Below are positions 10,457 to 21,161 of a DNA stretch of 64,000 nucleotides, one piece after another. How positions within the stretch are numbered: position 1 is the stretch's first letter; each line of letters opens with the position of its first letter. The notes beneath the pieces were generated by a model, which was not told the DNA's origin, did not search any database, and saw nothing but the letters and a program-made list of their open reading frames with translations. Source of the DNA: an uncultured Mailhella sp. (lineage in GTDB: Bacteria; Desulfobacterota; Desulfovibrionia; Desulfovibrionales; Desulfovibrionaceae); the NCBI RefSeq assembly GCF_944324575.1, contig NZ_CALUWV010000002.1:13706-77705 (forward strand), given 5' to 3'. The position numbers and the translations under genes are program-made.

Positions 10457-12109
10457 ATGGCTCTTGACCCTCAGGCGGGCCAGCTTCCCCGCCCCGATCA
10501 GCTCACCGACATCCCCGCCCTCATTTCCTCCTATTACACCTATGAACCCGCTCCCGACATTCCCGAACAGGCCGTGAGCTTCGGCACCTCCGGCCATCGC
10601 GGCTCCTCTCTGCGCACGAGCTTCAACGAAGCCCACATTCTTGCCGTTACCCAGGCCGTGTGCGACGTGCGCAAGGCCGAAGGCGTGACCGGCCCGCTCT
10701 TCCTCGGCAAGGACACGCACGCGCTCTCCGAACCTGCCTGGCGCACGGCTCTCGAGGTGCTCGCCGCCAACGGCGTGGTGACCATGGTGCAGACCGGTCA
10801 CGGCTATACGCCGACTCCCGCCATTTCCCATGCCATTCTCAGCTGGAACCGCCAGTCCACCGCCACAGCGGACGGCATCGTCATCACGCCTTCCCACAAC
10901 CCGCCTCAGGACGGCGGCTTCAAGTACAATCCGCCCCACGGCGGCCCGGCCGACACCACCCTCACCGCCCGCATCCAGGACCGCGCCAATCAGCTTCTGG
11001 AAGACGGCAACAGGGACGTGAAGCGCATCAGCCTTTACAAGGCCCTGCGCTCCGGCCTCGTGCAGGATCATGACTACGTCGCCTGCTATGTGGATGATCT
11101 TCGCAATGTCATCGACTTCCCCGCCATCGCCGCGTCCGGGCTCAAGCTGGGCGTGAACCCCCTCGGCGGCGCAAGCCTTGCCTACTGGGCCCCCATTGCG
11201 GAAAAGTACGGCCTGAACATCGAGAACACCAACAATCAGTACGATCCCACCTTCCGCTTCATGCCCCTCGATCACGACGGCAAAATCCGCATGGACTGCT
11301 CGTCGCCCTACGCCATGGCAGAGCTTCTGAAGCTCAAGGATCGCTTCGACATCGCCTTTGCCTGCGATCCCGACTCCGACCGTCACGGCATCGTCACGCC
11401 TGAAGGTCTCATGAACCCGAACCACTACCTCTCCGTGGTGGTGGATTTCCTCATTCGCGACAGCAAGGACGGCTTCCGCAGAAACTGGCGTCCCGACGCC
11501 ATGATCGGCAAGACCGTGGTCACGAGCTCCATGCTCAACCGCGTGGCGGAATCCCACGGTCGCAAGGTCATGGAAGTGCCCGTGGGCTTCAAGTGGTTCG
11601 TGCCCGGCCTGCATTCGGGAACCTGCTGCCTCGGCTGCGAGGAAAGCGCCGGAGCCTCCTTCCTGCGCGCCGACCGCCTGCCCTGGAGCACCGACAAGGA
11701 CGGACTCATCCTCTGCCTGCTCGCCGCGGAAATCACGGCCAAAACCGGCAAGAATCCCGCCGTGCACTACCATGAACTCGAAGAGAAGTTCGGCGCGCCC
11801 GTGTACCGCCGCATCGACTCGCCCATGACGCCGGAAATGAAGGCAGCCTTCAAGACCGTGTCTCCCGAGGACGTCACCATGACCACGCTGGCCGGCTCTC
11901 CCGTCAAGGCCGTGCTCACCAAAGCCCCGGGCAACAACGCTCCCTTCGGCGGACTCAAGATCGTCACCGACGACGGCTGGTTCGCCGTGCGTCCCTCCGG
12001 CACCGAACCCATCTACAAGCTGTACATGGAAGACTTCAAGGGCGAAGAACACTTCCTGAAAATGCAGGAAGAGGCGCAGGCCTTCCTTGCCTCTCTGGCA
12101 AAGGCGTAA
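10457..12109 (+). CDS. pgm: Phosphoglucomutase, alpha-D-glucose-phosphate-specific
   Basis: FGTSGHRGSS, TPSHNP, DPDSDRH, CEESAG and RPSGTEP motifs. Confidence 0.97.
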   Translation: MALDPQAGQLPRPDQLTDIPALISSYYTYEPAPDIPEQAVSFGTSGHRGSSLRTSFNEAHILAVTQAVCDVRKAEGVTGPLFLGKDTHALSEPAWRTALEVLAANGVVTMVQTGHGYTPTPAISHAILSWNRQSTATADGIVITPSHNPPQDGGFKYNPPHGGPADTTLTARIQDRANQLLEDGNRDVKRISLYKALRSGLVQDHDYVACYVDDLRNVIDFPAIAASGLKLGVNPLGGASLAYWAPIAEKYGLNIENTNNQYDPTFRFMPLDHDGKIRMDCSSPYAMAELLKLKDRFDIAFACDPDSDRHGIVTPEGLMNPNHYLSVVVDFLIRDSKDGFRRNWRPDAMIGKTVVTSSMLNRVAESHGRKVMEVPVGFKWFVPGLHSGTCCLGCEESAGASFLRADRLPWSTDKDGLILCLLAAEITAKTGKNPAVHYHELEEKFGAPVYRRIDSPMTPEMKAAFKTVSPEDVTMTTLAGSPVKAVLTKAPGNNAPFGGLKIVTDDGWFAVRPSGTEPIYKLYMEDFKGEEHFLKMQEEAQAFLASLAKA

Positions 12110-12136
12110 CGCTTCCTCTCCTCCTATTCACGCATG

Positions 12137-12165
12137 AAAAGGCGCGGCCTGGGCCGCGCCTTTTT
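12137..12165 (+). terminator. Intrinsic terminator after pgm
   Basis: aaaaggcgcggcc-tg-ggccgcgccttttt. Confidence 0.85.
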
Positions 12166-12953
12166 GCGTCCGCTCGCAATGTTCCCTTTCCGGTTCATCC
12201 CGGCGCCGTTCTACGCGCCGATGCCGTCCGGCGGGCCCCTCCCGCACCTTCGTCAGCAACGTCCCGGCCCGTCTTGTGCCTCCGTCAAACCTCATTCACA
12301 ATTATGCGGCAAACATCGTCCCCTTACAGCTCCGCACCGCTGCAGAAGAGCACGACCATTCACCTTTTCTCCCTTTCTCGTGCACGAGCCTCGTGAACAG
12401 GCTCTTCTCACCTCTTTTTTTCCCAGGTGATGCGTCTTTCCCATAAAAATTTTTTAACGGGCACTGTTCGGTCAATCTCTCTGACACCGACAACATAAAG
12501 CCGAAACGGGAAAAAAATCATTTTGAAGCACGCTGCCCGGCAATGTCATCATATCTTTTATTAACTTGTCATATCACATTGCAGAAGCAAAAAAAATACA
12601 TTGCCGTGCACAGTACAGTACTGCTTTATTCCATCTGCCGGACGCACCTGACTGCATAATACCGGCATCACCTGCCAAAGAGACTCTTTCACAGTCATTT
12701 TTCACTGCAAAAAAGTAACGACATACACGAAGTTCAATATTAATTTATTTTTTCACAATAAAATTTTTTCCTTGTGTGCCAAGCTTTTTCCATGATATCG
12801 TGAAATGCCTGCGCCGCCCATGTTCCCTTGGCTGGCGCAAAGTGCCGGATATCTGCCGGAAAAGGACAGCCCTGCTGCCTCTCTTTCCGGCAAAGAGCCT
12901 TTCGGCGACACGACCTCGCTCCGAACGCCATCGGGGTCATAAGGAGAGAAAGA

Positions 12954-13463
12954 ATGCCCGTCAGCAGAACAAGCATGCTCGCCAAGCTCAGCGACGCCTA
13001 CACCGTCTACTTCGACGCAGAGCCCGTTGACGCCGACGCGAAATGTCTTGCCGCCTGCTACGCCTTTCACTCCGCAGACGAGTGCTTCGTGCTGTCGCGC
13101 AAGGTCAGGCTCTGGCGCACGGAAATCAACGAGTTCGTATATGTGTTTTCGGTTCCCGAACTGACGGCGGACATCTATGACGAATGCCGGGGGAAGGCTC
13201 TCGAGCTTGGCATGAAGAAGATACGTCCGCACATCGAGCACAAATCGTCCTTCATCACCGCTCTTTTCATCTGCGACCTTGTGACGGAAGAAGCGGCAAA
13301 GGCCGTGCGAAGCACGCGCCATCACAAGGACTTTCTGTTCTCGCTTCACGGCTGGATGGACTTTCGCGCCGCTGCGCTGGACCTTGCGTCCGGAGCCGTG
13401 GCGGTCAACCGTGCCGGACGGGATCTGACACAGTTTCTGCTCGGAAATCTGGGGAAGTGCTAA
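12954..13463 (+). CDS. Hypothetical protein (169 aa), probably co-transcribed with cstA
   Basis: AAGGAG RBS before ATG 12954, host-like codon usage, 21 nt upstream of cstA. Confidence 0.75.
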   Translation: MPVSRTSMLAKLSDAYTVYFDAEPVDADAKCLAACYAFHSADECFVLSRKVRLWRTEINEFVYVFSVPELTADIYDECRGKALELGMKKIRPHIEHKSSFITALFICDLVTEEAAKAVRSTRHHKDFLFSLHGWMDFRAAALDLASGAVAVNRAGRDLTQFLLGNLGKC

Positions 13464-13484
13464 CTCAATTGAGGAGGATTTGAA

Positions 13485-15185
13485 TTGAGTTCCGTCATCA
13501 TTCTCATCGGTGGCTTCGCGTGTCTCATCGCAGGCTACATCTTCTACGGTTCATGGCTTTCCAAACAGTGGGGCGTGGATGACAGCAGGCCTACGCCGGC
13601 CATCACCATGCAGGACGGCGTGGACTACGTGCCCGCCAAGACGCCCGTACTCTTCGGCCATCATTTTTCGTCCATCGCGGGCGCAGGCCCCATCAACGGC
13701 CCCATCCAGGCCGCCTTCTTCGGCTGGCTGCCCTGCCTTCTGTGGATCATTATCGGCGGCATCTTCTTCGGCGCCGTGCATGACTACGGCGCCCTCTTCG
13801 CCTCCATCCGCCACAAGGGCGAATCCATAGGCGAAGTCATCTCCCAGAACATCGGCGTGCGCGCCAAGCGCCTGTTCATCGTGTTCGCCTACCTTGCGCT
13901 GCTGCTCGTCATCGCGGCCTTTGCCTCCATCGTGGCCAGCACCTTCAACGGCTTCGCGCCCGACGGCTCGCACATCGAGGCCAACGGCTCCACCGCCACC
14001 ATCTCCCTGCTGTTCATCCTCATGGCCGTGGTCTTCGGCTTCTGCGTGTACCGCAAGAACATGTCCCTCGGCTTCTGCACCGTCATCGGCATCATCGTGC
14101 TCATCGCGTGCATCGTCATCGGCCTCAAGTGCCCCATCTACCTTTCCGGCACCACCTGGATGTATATCATCGGCGTCTACATCTTCGTGGCCTCCGTCAC
14201 CCCCGTGTGGATCCTGCTTCAGCCCCGCGACTATCTGAGCTCGTTTCTGCTCTATGCCATGATGATCGCAGCCGTCATCGGCGTGTTCGCCGCCAATCCC
14301 ACGCTGGATCTGCCCGCCTTCGTCGGCTTTGAAGTGAACGGTCAGTACCTCTTCCCCGTGCTCTTCGTCACCATCGCCTGCGGCGCCATTTCCGGCTTCC
14401 ATTCCCTCATTTCCTCGGGCACGACCTCCAAGCAGCTCAACAGCGAAAAGAACGCCAAGATCATCGGCTACGGCGCCATGCTCGTGGAATGCGCTCTCGC
14501 CATCGTGTCCCTCATCACCATAGGCTACATCTACTCCAAGGCCGGAGCCGACGCCTTCAAGATGCCCCCTACCGCCGTGTTTGCGCGCGGCATCTCCGAA
14601 ATGCTCGCCGTGGTGGGCTTCTCCAGCCCCGAGGCTCAGAAGACCGCCTACGGTCTGCTCATCCTTTCGGTGTCCGCCTTCTGCCTGACCTCCCTCGACA
14701 CCGGCACGAGACTTGCCCGCTACATGTTCACCGAATTCTGGCTGAACCCCGGCGAAACTCCCGAGTCCGTCACCGGCTTCCGCAGGATACTGTGCAACAA
14801 GTACATCTCCACCGGCTCCACCGTCATCGTGGGCATTGCCTTCGGCATGGGCGGATGGTCCAAGGTGTGGCCGCTCTTCGGCGCGTCCAACCAGCTTCTC
14901 GCCGGTCTCGCCCTTCTGGCCGTGGCCGCATGGCTCAAGAACGCCGCCCGCAATCACAAGATGTTCATCTTCCCCATGGTGTTCATGATTCTTGTGACCC
15001 TCACCTCTCTGGCCCTCACCTTCAAGGACAAGATCCTCGTCATCGCCTCCGGTCAGGGCGACCTGTTCGCGGCCTACCTGCAGGCCGGCCTTGCCGCCAT
15101 CCTGTTCGTGCTCGCCATCTTCCTCGTGCGTGAGGCTCTGCCCGTGCTCACCGGCAAGAAGCATCCCGCCGTCGTTGCCAAGTAA
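13485..15185 (+). CDS. cstA: Carbon starvation protein A family transporter
   Basis: DGVDYVP, GHHFSSIAGAGPI, TIACGAISGFH, YGAMLVE and WPLFGASNQLLA motifs; TTG start after GAGGAG. Confidence 0.95.
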   Translation: MSSVIILIGGFACLIAGYIFYGSWLSKQWGVDDSRPTPAITMQDGVDYVPAKTPVLFGHHFSSIAGAGPINGPIQAAFFGWLPCLLWIIIGGIFFGAVHDYGALFASIRHKGESIGEVISQNIGVRAKRLFIVFAYLALLLVIAAFASIVASTFNGFAPDGSHIEANGSTATISLLFILMAVVFGFCVYRKNMSLGFCTVIGIIVLIACIVIGLKCPIYLSGTTWMYIIGVYIFVASVTPVWILLQPRDYLSSFLLYAMMIAAVIGVFAANPTLDLPAFVGFEVNGQYLFPVLFVTIACGAISGFHSLISSGTTSKQLNSEKNAKIIGYGAMLVECALAIVSLITIGYIYSKAGADAFKMPPTAVFARGISEMLAVVGFSSPEAQKTAYGLLILSVSAFCLTSLDTGTRLARYMFTEFWLNPGETPESVTGFRRILCNKYISTGSTVIVGIAFGMGGWSKVWPLFGASNQLLAGLALLAVAAWLKNAARNHKMFIFPMVFMILVTLTSLALTFKDKILVIASGQGDLFAAYLQAGLAAILFVLAIFLVREALPVLTGKKHPAVVAK

Positions 15186-15206
15186 GTTCGGCACCATGAT
15201 TTCATG

Positions 15207-15240
15207 AAAAGGCGCGCCCTTCGGGGTGCGCCTTTTCTTT
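15207..15240 (+). terminator. Intrinsic terminator after cstA
   Basis: aaaaggcgcgccc-ttcg-gggtgcgcctttt. Confidence 0.85.
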
Positions 15241-15267
15241 TTCCCTTCTTCCCGCTACATTTCCCGC

Positions 15268-17760
15268 ATGAACATGCCCGTTGAATCCTCGTTTTCCGAC
15301 CTTCTCGAAGTACTCCGCACCCATGACCGCGCCCTTCTCGTCGCCCCTCCCGGTTCCGGCAAGACCACGCGCGTACCGCTTTTTCTCATGAAGCACATGG
15401 AGGGCACCATTCTCATGCTCGAACCGCGGCGTCTTGCCGCCAGATCCGCGGCAAGATACATGGCCGCCTCGCTCGGCGAATCCGCCGGGCAGAGCGTGGG
15501 ATACAGAGTCAGGCTTGAAAGCCGCGTGAGCCGCGAAACCCGCGTGGAAATCATTACCGAGGGCATACTTACCAGACGCCTCATTGCCGACCCCGAGCTC
15601 TCCGGCGTTTCCTGCGTCATCTTCGATGAATTTCACGAGCGTTCCCTGCAGGCCGACACGGCGCTCGCCTTCTGCCTCGAGGCCCAGGCGGCGCTCCGGC
15701 CTGACCTCAAAATCCTCGTCATGTCGGCCACGCTCGATGCCGAAGAGCTCTCCGGCCTGCTTGCCCCCTGCCCCGTGATCCGCGCCGAGGGCAGAATGTG
15801 GCCCGTGGACATACGGTACGCTCCCTGCCCGGCGGGCTCCGGCAGCTTCGGCACCTTTTCCGGCCGGGAGGCTCTTCTTGTGCACACGGCATCCACAGTA
15901 CGCCGCGCTCTTGCCGAAGAGAAAGGCTCCGTCCTCGTATTTCTGCCCGGTCAGAGCGAAATACGCAGAACGGCGGAACTGCTCGCAAATCTTCCCCCTC
16001 ACGTATCCCTGCACCCGCTCTACGGCGACCTTTCCGCGTCGGAGCAGGACGCCGCCATTGCTCCCGCCGCGCCGGGGGCGCGCAAGGTGGTGCTTGCCAC
16101 GTCCATTGCGGAAACGAGCCTCACCATTGAAGGCGTGCGCGTGGTGGTGGACTCCGGGCTTGCCCGAAGCTCCCGCTTTTCTCCGTCCACGGGCATGAGC
16201 GCTCTTGTGACCTGCCGCGTCACCCAGGATGCCGCAGACCAGCGCGCCGGACGCGCCGGACGCGTGGAGAGCGGCGTGTGCCTGCGTCTCTGGCCCGAGG
16301 GAGAAACGCTTCTGCCCTCGCGTCGCCCGGAGATTCTGGACGCCGATCTTGCGCCCTTTCTTCTCGACTGCCTGGCCTGGGGCTCCATGCCGCAGGCTCT
16401 TCCTCTTCTCACGCCCGCGCCCGAAGCCTCTCTCGCCCGGGCGCGGCAGACTCTGGATTTTCTTGGCGCACTCAGAGAAAAGGACGGACGAATTCTTCTC
16501 TCCTCTCACGGAGAGGAACTCTCAAGGCTTCCTCTGCATCCGCGTCTCGCGCACATGGCGCTTCTTTCCGGCGGGCATCTGCCTCTTGCCGCCGCGCTCT
16601 GCGCGCTCGTTGAGGAACGCTTCCAGGGCTCAGGCTGCGACATCCGTCCGCGCCTCGGAGAACTTCGGCGTTCCTCGCGTCTTCGCCGCGCCGCGGAACA
16701 TATATGCTCCCTCGTAAAGCCCGGAGCACGCCTTTCCCTGAACGACGTCATGGAGGATGAAGACAGCGCGGGAGCCATGCTGTCGCTGGCATGGCCCGAG
16801 CGCATGGCTCAGAAACGCGAAAGAGGCAGATTCCGTCTAGCCTCCGGTCGAGGCGCGGAACTTCCGCCTGAAGACGCGCTTGCCGACGCTCCCTTTCTGG
16901 CCGTCGCCGCCATGGACGGAGGAACGCAGGGCACGGGACGCATTCATCTTGCCGCCCCTCTGGAAAAAAGCGTGCTGGAACGCCTGCACGGCGACCTTCT
17001 GACGCATGAAGACGTCGTGATGTGGGACGAATCATCCGCCTCGGTAATGGCCCGGAGAAGGACCATGCTCGGCAGTCTCATTCTGGATGACGCCCCTCTG
17101 CGCGGAAAGGACCTGCCCGAAGACAAGGTGCTGGAAGCGCTCACGCAGGCCGTCGTCCGGTTCGGTCCCTCCTGTCTGCCGTGGACGGAGGAGCTCAGGG
17201 AATGGCAGGCGCGCGTTTCCCTCATGAGAAGCATGGACGAAGAGGGCGGCTGGCCCGACGTGAGCGACAAGGCGCTTTTTGCCTCGCTCACGACCTCCCC
17301 CCTCGACAACTGGCTGAGTCCGTGGCTTTCCGGCATGACGAAGCGCTCGCAGCTCTCATCCCTTCCTCTGGACAAGGCGCTGCATGCCCTTCTTCCCTAC
17401 CCCCTGGCCCGTCGTCTCGACAGGGAGGCTCCCGCCGTCATCGAGGCGCCTTCCGGCTCTCTCGTGCGCATCGACTATCTACCGGAAGGCGGACCGGTCA
17501 TGGCGGTAAAGCTCCAGGAAATGTTCGGCATGGAGGACACTCCCTCCGTCTGCCGGGGCAGATGTCCGCTCACCGTGCACCTTCTCTCGCCTGCGGGCCG
17601 TCCGCTTCAGGTCACGCGCGACCTTGCCGGTTTCTGGCGCGGCGCCTATGCCGCCGTGCGCGCGGAAATGCGCGGCCGCTACCCGAAACACCCCTGGCCG
17701 GAAGACCCGCTCTCCGCCATTCCCACGAAAAAAACCAAGAAGGCGCTGGAAAGGGGGTAG
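15268..17760 (+). CDS. hrpB: ATP-dependent helicase HrpB
   Basis: APPGSGKTT, FDEFHERS, MSATL and QRAGRAGR motifs; C-terminal LLSPAGRPLQVT...GRYPKHPWPEDP. Confidence 0.96.
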   Translation: MNMPVESSFSDLLEVLRTHDRALLVAPPGSGKTTRVPLFLMKHMEGTILMLEPRRLAARSAARYMAASLGESAGQSVGYRVRLESRVSRETRVEIITEGILTRRLIADPELSGVSCVIFDEFHERSLQADTALAFCLEAQAALRPDLKILVMSATLDAEELSGLLAPCPVIRAEGRMWPVDIRYAPCPAGSGSFGTFSGREALLVHTASTVRRALAEEKGSVLVFLPGQSEIRRTAELLANLPPHVSLHPLYGDLSASEQDAAIAPAAPGARKVVLATSIAETSLTIEGVRVVVDSGLARSSRFSPSTGMSALVTCRVTQDAADQRAGRAGRVESGVCLRLWPEGETLLPSRRPEILDADLAPFLLDCLAWGSMPQALPLLTPAPEASLARARQTLDFLGALREKDGRILLSSHGEELSRLPLHPRLAHMALLSGGHLPLAAALCALVEERFQGSGCDIRPRLGELRRSSRLRRAAEHICSLVKPGARLSLNDVMEDEDSAGAMLSLAWPERMAQKRERGRFRLASGRGAELPPEDALADAPFLAVAAMDGGTQGTGRIHLAAPLEKSVLERLHGDLLTHEDVVMWDESSASVMARRRTMLGSLILDDAPLRGKDLPEDKVLEALTQAVVRFGPSCLPWTEELREWQARVSLMRSMDEEGGWPDVSDKALFASLTTSPLDNWLSPWLSGMTKRSQLSSLPLDKALHALLPYPLARRLDREAPAVIEAPSGSLVRIDYLPEGGPVMAVKLQEMFGMEDTPSVCRGRCPLTVHLLSPAGRPLQVTRDLAGFWRGAYAAVRAEMRGRYPKHPWPEDPLSAIPTKKTKKALERG

Positions 17761-17763
17761 GAC

Positions 17764-20700
17764 ATGGAATTTCATGCGGGCGACAAGGTTATCAATCCTT
17801 CCATGCCTCAGTGGGGCGTGGGGGAAGTGCTGGCCGTCACGGAAGGCAAGGTGATGGTGCAGTTCAGGCATCACGGCGTGCGCAGGATGGCGGCGTCCTT
17901 TCTTGCCATGGCCGACACCGGCGAATGCCCCGAACCTTCGACCGCGCAGAAAAAAGCCGCCGCATCAAAAAAATCGACGCCTTCCCCCTCGTCCGCCCGG
18001 CCGAAGCCGACAGGAACACCCGGAGGAAAGAACGCATCCGCCCCGTCGGATGGGAAAAAAACAGACCTCGTCTCGCAGGCGCTCGCCATGATGGGGCAGC
18101 AGGGCCCCTCTTCCGACGCTGTGCTGGAAAAGGCGGAACGCGCGGCCTCTCTTGCCGCCGACGCCGGGAAAAAGGCCGAAGAGGACGCCCTTCGCCGCCG
18201 CAACGCGGCCATACTCCGCTTCTGGCGCGATGCGGAGGTCTTTCTTATCCCCGAAGTTCCGCGTTCCTCGCGTCCGCCCGTCACGACGGCAAGGCGCTGG
18301 GAAACCGTTTCCGCGTCGCTTCCGGCATGGAGCGCGAAAAGGGATTCCGCCACGAGCCGGGACGAGCTTTCCGCCGTGCCCGGCCCCGACGTGGAGAACG
18401 GAGAACTTCCGTGGTTTCGACCTCTGCCCACGGGCTTTTCCGCAGCATGGCACATCGTCTATCTGGGCGTCATGCCGCGGCAGCACATTTCCGACCTCAT
18501 TCTTGAAAAGACGGGAAGTCGTCCCGAGAGCCCGGAGGAACCGGGACTCGGCGAGGGGTGTCTTGCCGCCGTGGTGCTGGACATGGCAGGCATGCCCGTG
18601 CCGGAAAGCTATGTGCCCTCCTCCTTCGTGCCCGGCCTTGCCCGCTGCCTTGCGGGCAGGAGTCTGGATCAGCTTGCCCTCGACATGCTGAAGATGCAGT
18701 CCGACTTCGACCGGCGCAGAAGCGCCCTCGACGAACCTTTCCGCGGACCGTGGATACAGGAGGAAATCGAGCGTCTTTTCAACATGATGCAGGTGGAAGG
18801 CGAGGAAGCGCGCATCGTTGTGCGTTCCGTGTACTTTCGTCCCGATCCCAGGGGACGACGCATCGACGACGTGCAGAACGACCTTCTGAACTCCTTCTAT
18901 CTCTCCGACCTCGACCGTCTGCTTCAGCTTTCAAAAACGGGCTTTCGCGGCGTGTTCGCCCGCTATCTGGAAGGCGCTCAAAAGAACGCCTCCCGCTGCG
19001 ACGTGCTCGCGCACGGCGAGGAAAGCCGCCTTGCCCGGGAACAGGCACTCTCGCTTGCGCGCCTGCCTTCCGGGCGCTGGCCGCACGCACCCTCGCAGCA
19101 CCTCCTGCCGGCACAGCTTGCGGCGGTCACGGAAATTCTGAACGGAGAGCTCACGGCCGTGAACGGGCCTCCGGGCACGGGCAAGACAAGGCTCCTTTGC
19201 GACGTGGCGGCGGACCTCGTGGTGCGAAGAGCCCGAAGAATCGCCGCCCTGAAGCAGCCCTTCGAGGTTTTCGTCAACTCCTCCGGCGACTTCTATTCCC
19301 TGCGGCGCGATCTCATGCGCGGCACGGGCATGGTGGTCGCAAGCAGCAACAACGCCGCCGTGGAGAACATCACGAAGTATCTGCCCTCGGAAGAGGCCGT
19401 ATGCAGAGACGCCTTTCCCGAAGCTTCCTATTTTTCCGAAGTGGCCTTTGCCGTAAACGCTGCCTTCCATCCCGCCGACAGCGACAAGCCGCCTCGTCCC
19501 GCCTGGGGGCTTGTTTCCGCCGTGCTCGGTTCCGCATGGAACTGCGAACAGTTTGCCCGTGCCTTTTTCTGGGGTTTCCGCGATCAGGAAAAAAAGATCG
19601 TGCTGCCCGGCATGAAGGACGTTCTCGACAGATATCGAGGCTACGAGGCAAAGCAGTATGCCCGCCGCGAGTGGCAGCGGGCCAGACAGGATTTTCTTGC
19701 CGCAGAGACCGAACTTGAAGAATACAAAAAGGCTCTGGCACAACGGGCCGAAAGCTGTCTCTCTCCGGCTGCTCAGCGCGAGGAAAGTCCCCTTCTCGGA
19801 CGTTTCATGGCTCTCATGGAGGAAAGCCGTCATCTGCGGGCCGCGGCCGGAGAGGAAAACCGGGCCGCGCTGGAGCTCGCCGAGAGACTGGAAGCTCTGG
19901 AGGAGCTGGCCCGCAGGGTACAGAAGGAGACGCACGACCGAAAGAACGATATTGAAGCGCTGCGTGTTCCCTGTCGTGAGTTCTGGAAGGATGGAGCGTG
20001 GCAGATCAAAAGCGTGTGGAACGACGAAAGGCTGGAAATGCTGCGTTCCCGGCTCTTTCTTCTGGCGCTTCGTCTGCATGAATGGACCATCAAGGCATGC
20101 GCACGGGAGTTTTCCGCCGACATCGGCGTCGTGACGCGCTATCTTCGGGGAGCGCCCGTTGAGGACACGGAGGTCGCCGACATCTGGAACGCACTTTTCT
20201 TCGTGGTTCCGGTGGTCTCTTCCACGCTGGCCTCATTCAGCCGCCTTTTTTCCGGCATGGGACAGGGCTCGATCGACTGGGTTCTTCTGGACGAGGCCGG
20301 ACAGGCTACGCCGCAAAGCGCGGCAGGAGCACTCTGGCGTGCGGCAAGGGCAGCCGTCATCGGAGACCCTCAGCAGATAGAACCCGTGGTACCTCAGCCC
20401 GGGTCTCTTCTGGAGACGCTGCGCGCAAGACAGGAACAAGGAGCGGTCAGGCTTGAGGACTGGTCGCCGGCAACGCAGTCGGCCCAGACGCTGGCCGACA
20501 GAAGCTCCCTTCGCGGCACCTGGATGGAAAGCGCGGGACGGCGGGTGTGGACGGGCTATCCTCTGCGCGCGCATTACCGCTGCGCCGAGCCCATGTTCGG
20601 CACGGCCAACCGCATAGCCTACGACAATCAGATGGTGCAGGCGCAGACGACCTTTCCGCTCGTGCGCTCACCGCTCGCAGAAAGCTGCTGGTTCCACGTG

Positions 20701-21153
20701 AACGGGCAGCACGCGGACACGCAGCTTGTGGAAGAGGAACTTGCCTGCCTGAGAAAACTTCTTCTGCGCTTTCTGGAAGACTGGCCTGAAGTGGAAGCAC
20801 AGGGAACGCGCCGGGAAGCGTCGGTATTCGTCATTTCTCCCTTCCGCAAGGTGGCCCGGCACTGCCGCGCGCTGCTGCGGGCCATGCGCGTTTCCGAAGA
20901 GCGCGTGCGCTGCGGCACCATACACACCTTTCAGGGCAGAGAAGCGGACATCGTCTTTCTCGTGCTCGGCTCCACGCCCGGTCAGGCCGGATGGGGAAGC
21001 CGTCAGTGGGCTTCACGCACGCCGAACATCCTGAACGTGGCGCTCACCCGCGCCCGCTCGCTCATCTACGTCATAGGCAACTGGCGCGACTGGAGACGGC
21101 ATCCCTTCTTCGACGTGCTCTCGGAAGAGCTTCCCGTGAGGGACGAGCCGTAA
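17764..21153 (+). CDS. Superfamily 1 (UPF1/DNA2/NAM7-like) helicase with an N-terminal DUF3553-like SH3 domain
   Basis: NGPPGTGKT, LLDEAGQ, GDPQQIEP, TIHTFQGRE and NVALTRAR motifs; N-terminus GDKVINPSMPQWGVGEV...VQFRHHGVR. Confidence 0.88.
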   Translation: MEFHAGDKVINPSMPQWGVGEVLAVTEGKVMVQFRHHGVRRMAASFLAMADTGECPEPSTAQKKAAASKKSTPSPSSARPKPTGTPGGKNASAPSDGKKTDLVSQALAMMGQQGPSSDAVLEKAERAASLAADAGKKAEEDALRRRNAAILRFWRDAEVFLIPEVPRSSRPPVTTARRWETVSASLPAWSAKRDSATSRDELSAVPGPDVENGELPWFRPLPTGFSAAWHIVYLGVMPRQHISDLILEKTGSRPESPEEPGLGEGCLAAVVLDMAGMPVPESYVPSSFVPGLARCLAGRSLDQLALDMLKMQSDFDRRRSALDEPFRGPWIQEEIERLFNMMQVEGEEARIVVRSVYFRPDPRGRRIDDVQNDLLNSFYLSDLDRLLQLSKTGFRGVFARYLEGAQKNASRCDVLAHGEESRLAREQALSLARLPSGRWPHAPSQHLLPAQLAAVTEILNGELTAVNGPPGTGKTRLLCDVAADLVVRRARRIAALKQPFEVFVNSSGDFYSLRRDLMRGTGMVVASSNNAAVENITKYLPSEEAVCRDAFPEASYFSEVAFAVNAAFHPADSDKPPRPAWGLVSAVLGSAWNCEQFARAFFWGFRDQEKKIVLPGMKDVLDRYRGYEAKQYARREWQRARQDFLAAETELEEYKKALAQRAESCLSPAAQREESPLLGRFMALMEESRHLRAAAGEENRAALELAERLEALEELARRVQKETHDRKNDIEALRVPCREFWKDGAWQIKSVWNDERLEMLRSRLFLLALRLHEWTIKACAREFSADIGVVTRYLRGAPVEDTEVADIWNALFFVVPVVSSTLASFSRLFSGMGQGSIDWVLLDEAGQATPQSAAGALWRAARAAVIGDPQQIEPVVPQPGSLLETLRARQEQGAVRLEDWSPATQSAQTLADRSSLRGTWMESAGRRVWTGYPLRAHYRCAEPMFGTANRIAYDNQMVQAQTTFPLVRSPLAESCWFHVNGQHADTQLVEEELACLRKLLLRFLEDWPEVEAQGTRREASVFVISPFRKVARHCRALLRAMRVSEERVRCGTIHTFQGREADIVFLVLGSTPGQAGWGSRQWASRTPNILNVALTRARSLIYVIGNWRDWRRHPFFDVLSEELPVRDEP

Positions 21154-21161
21154 GGGCGGCA

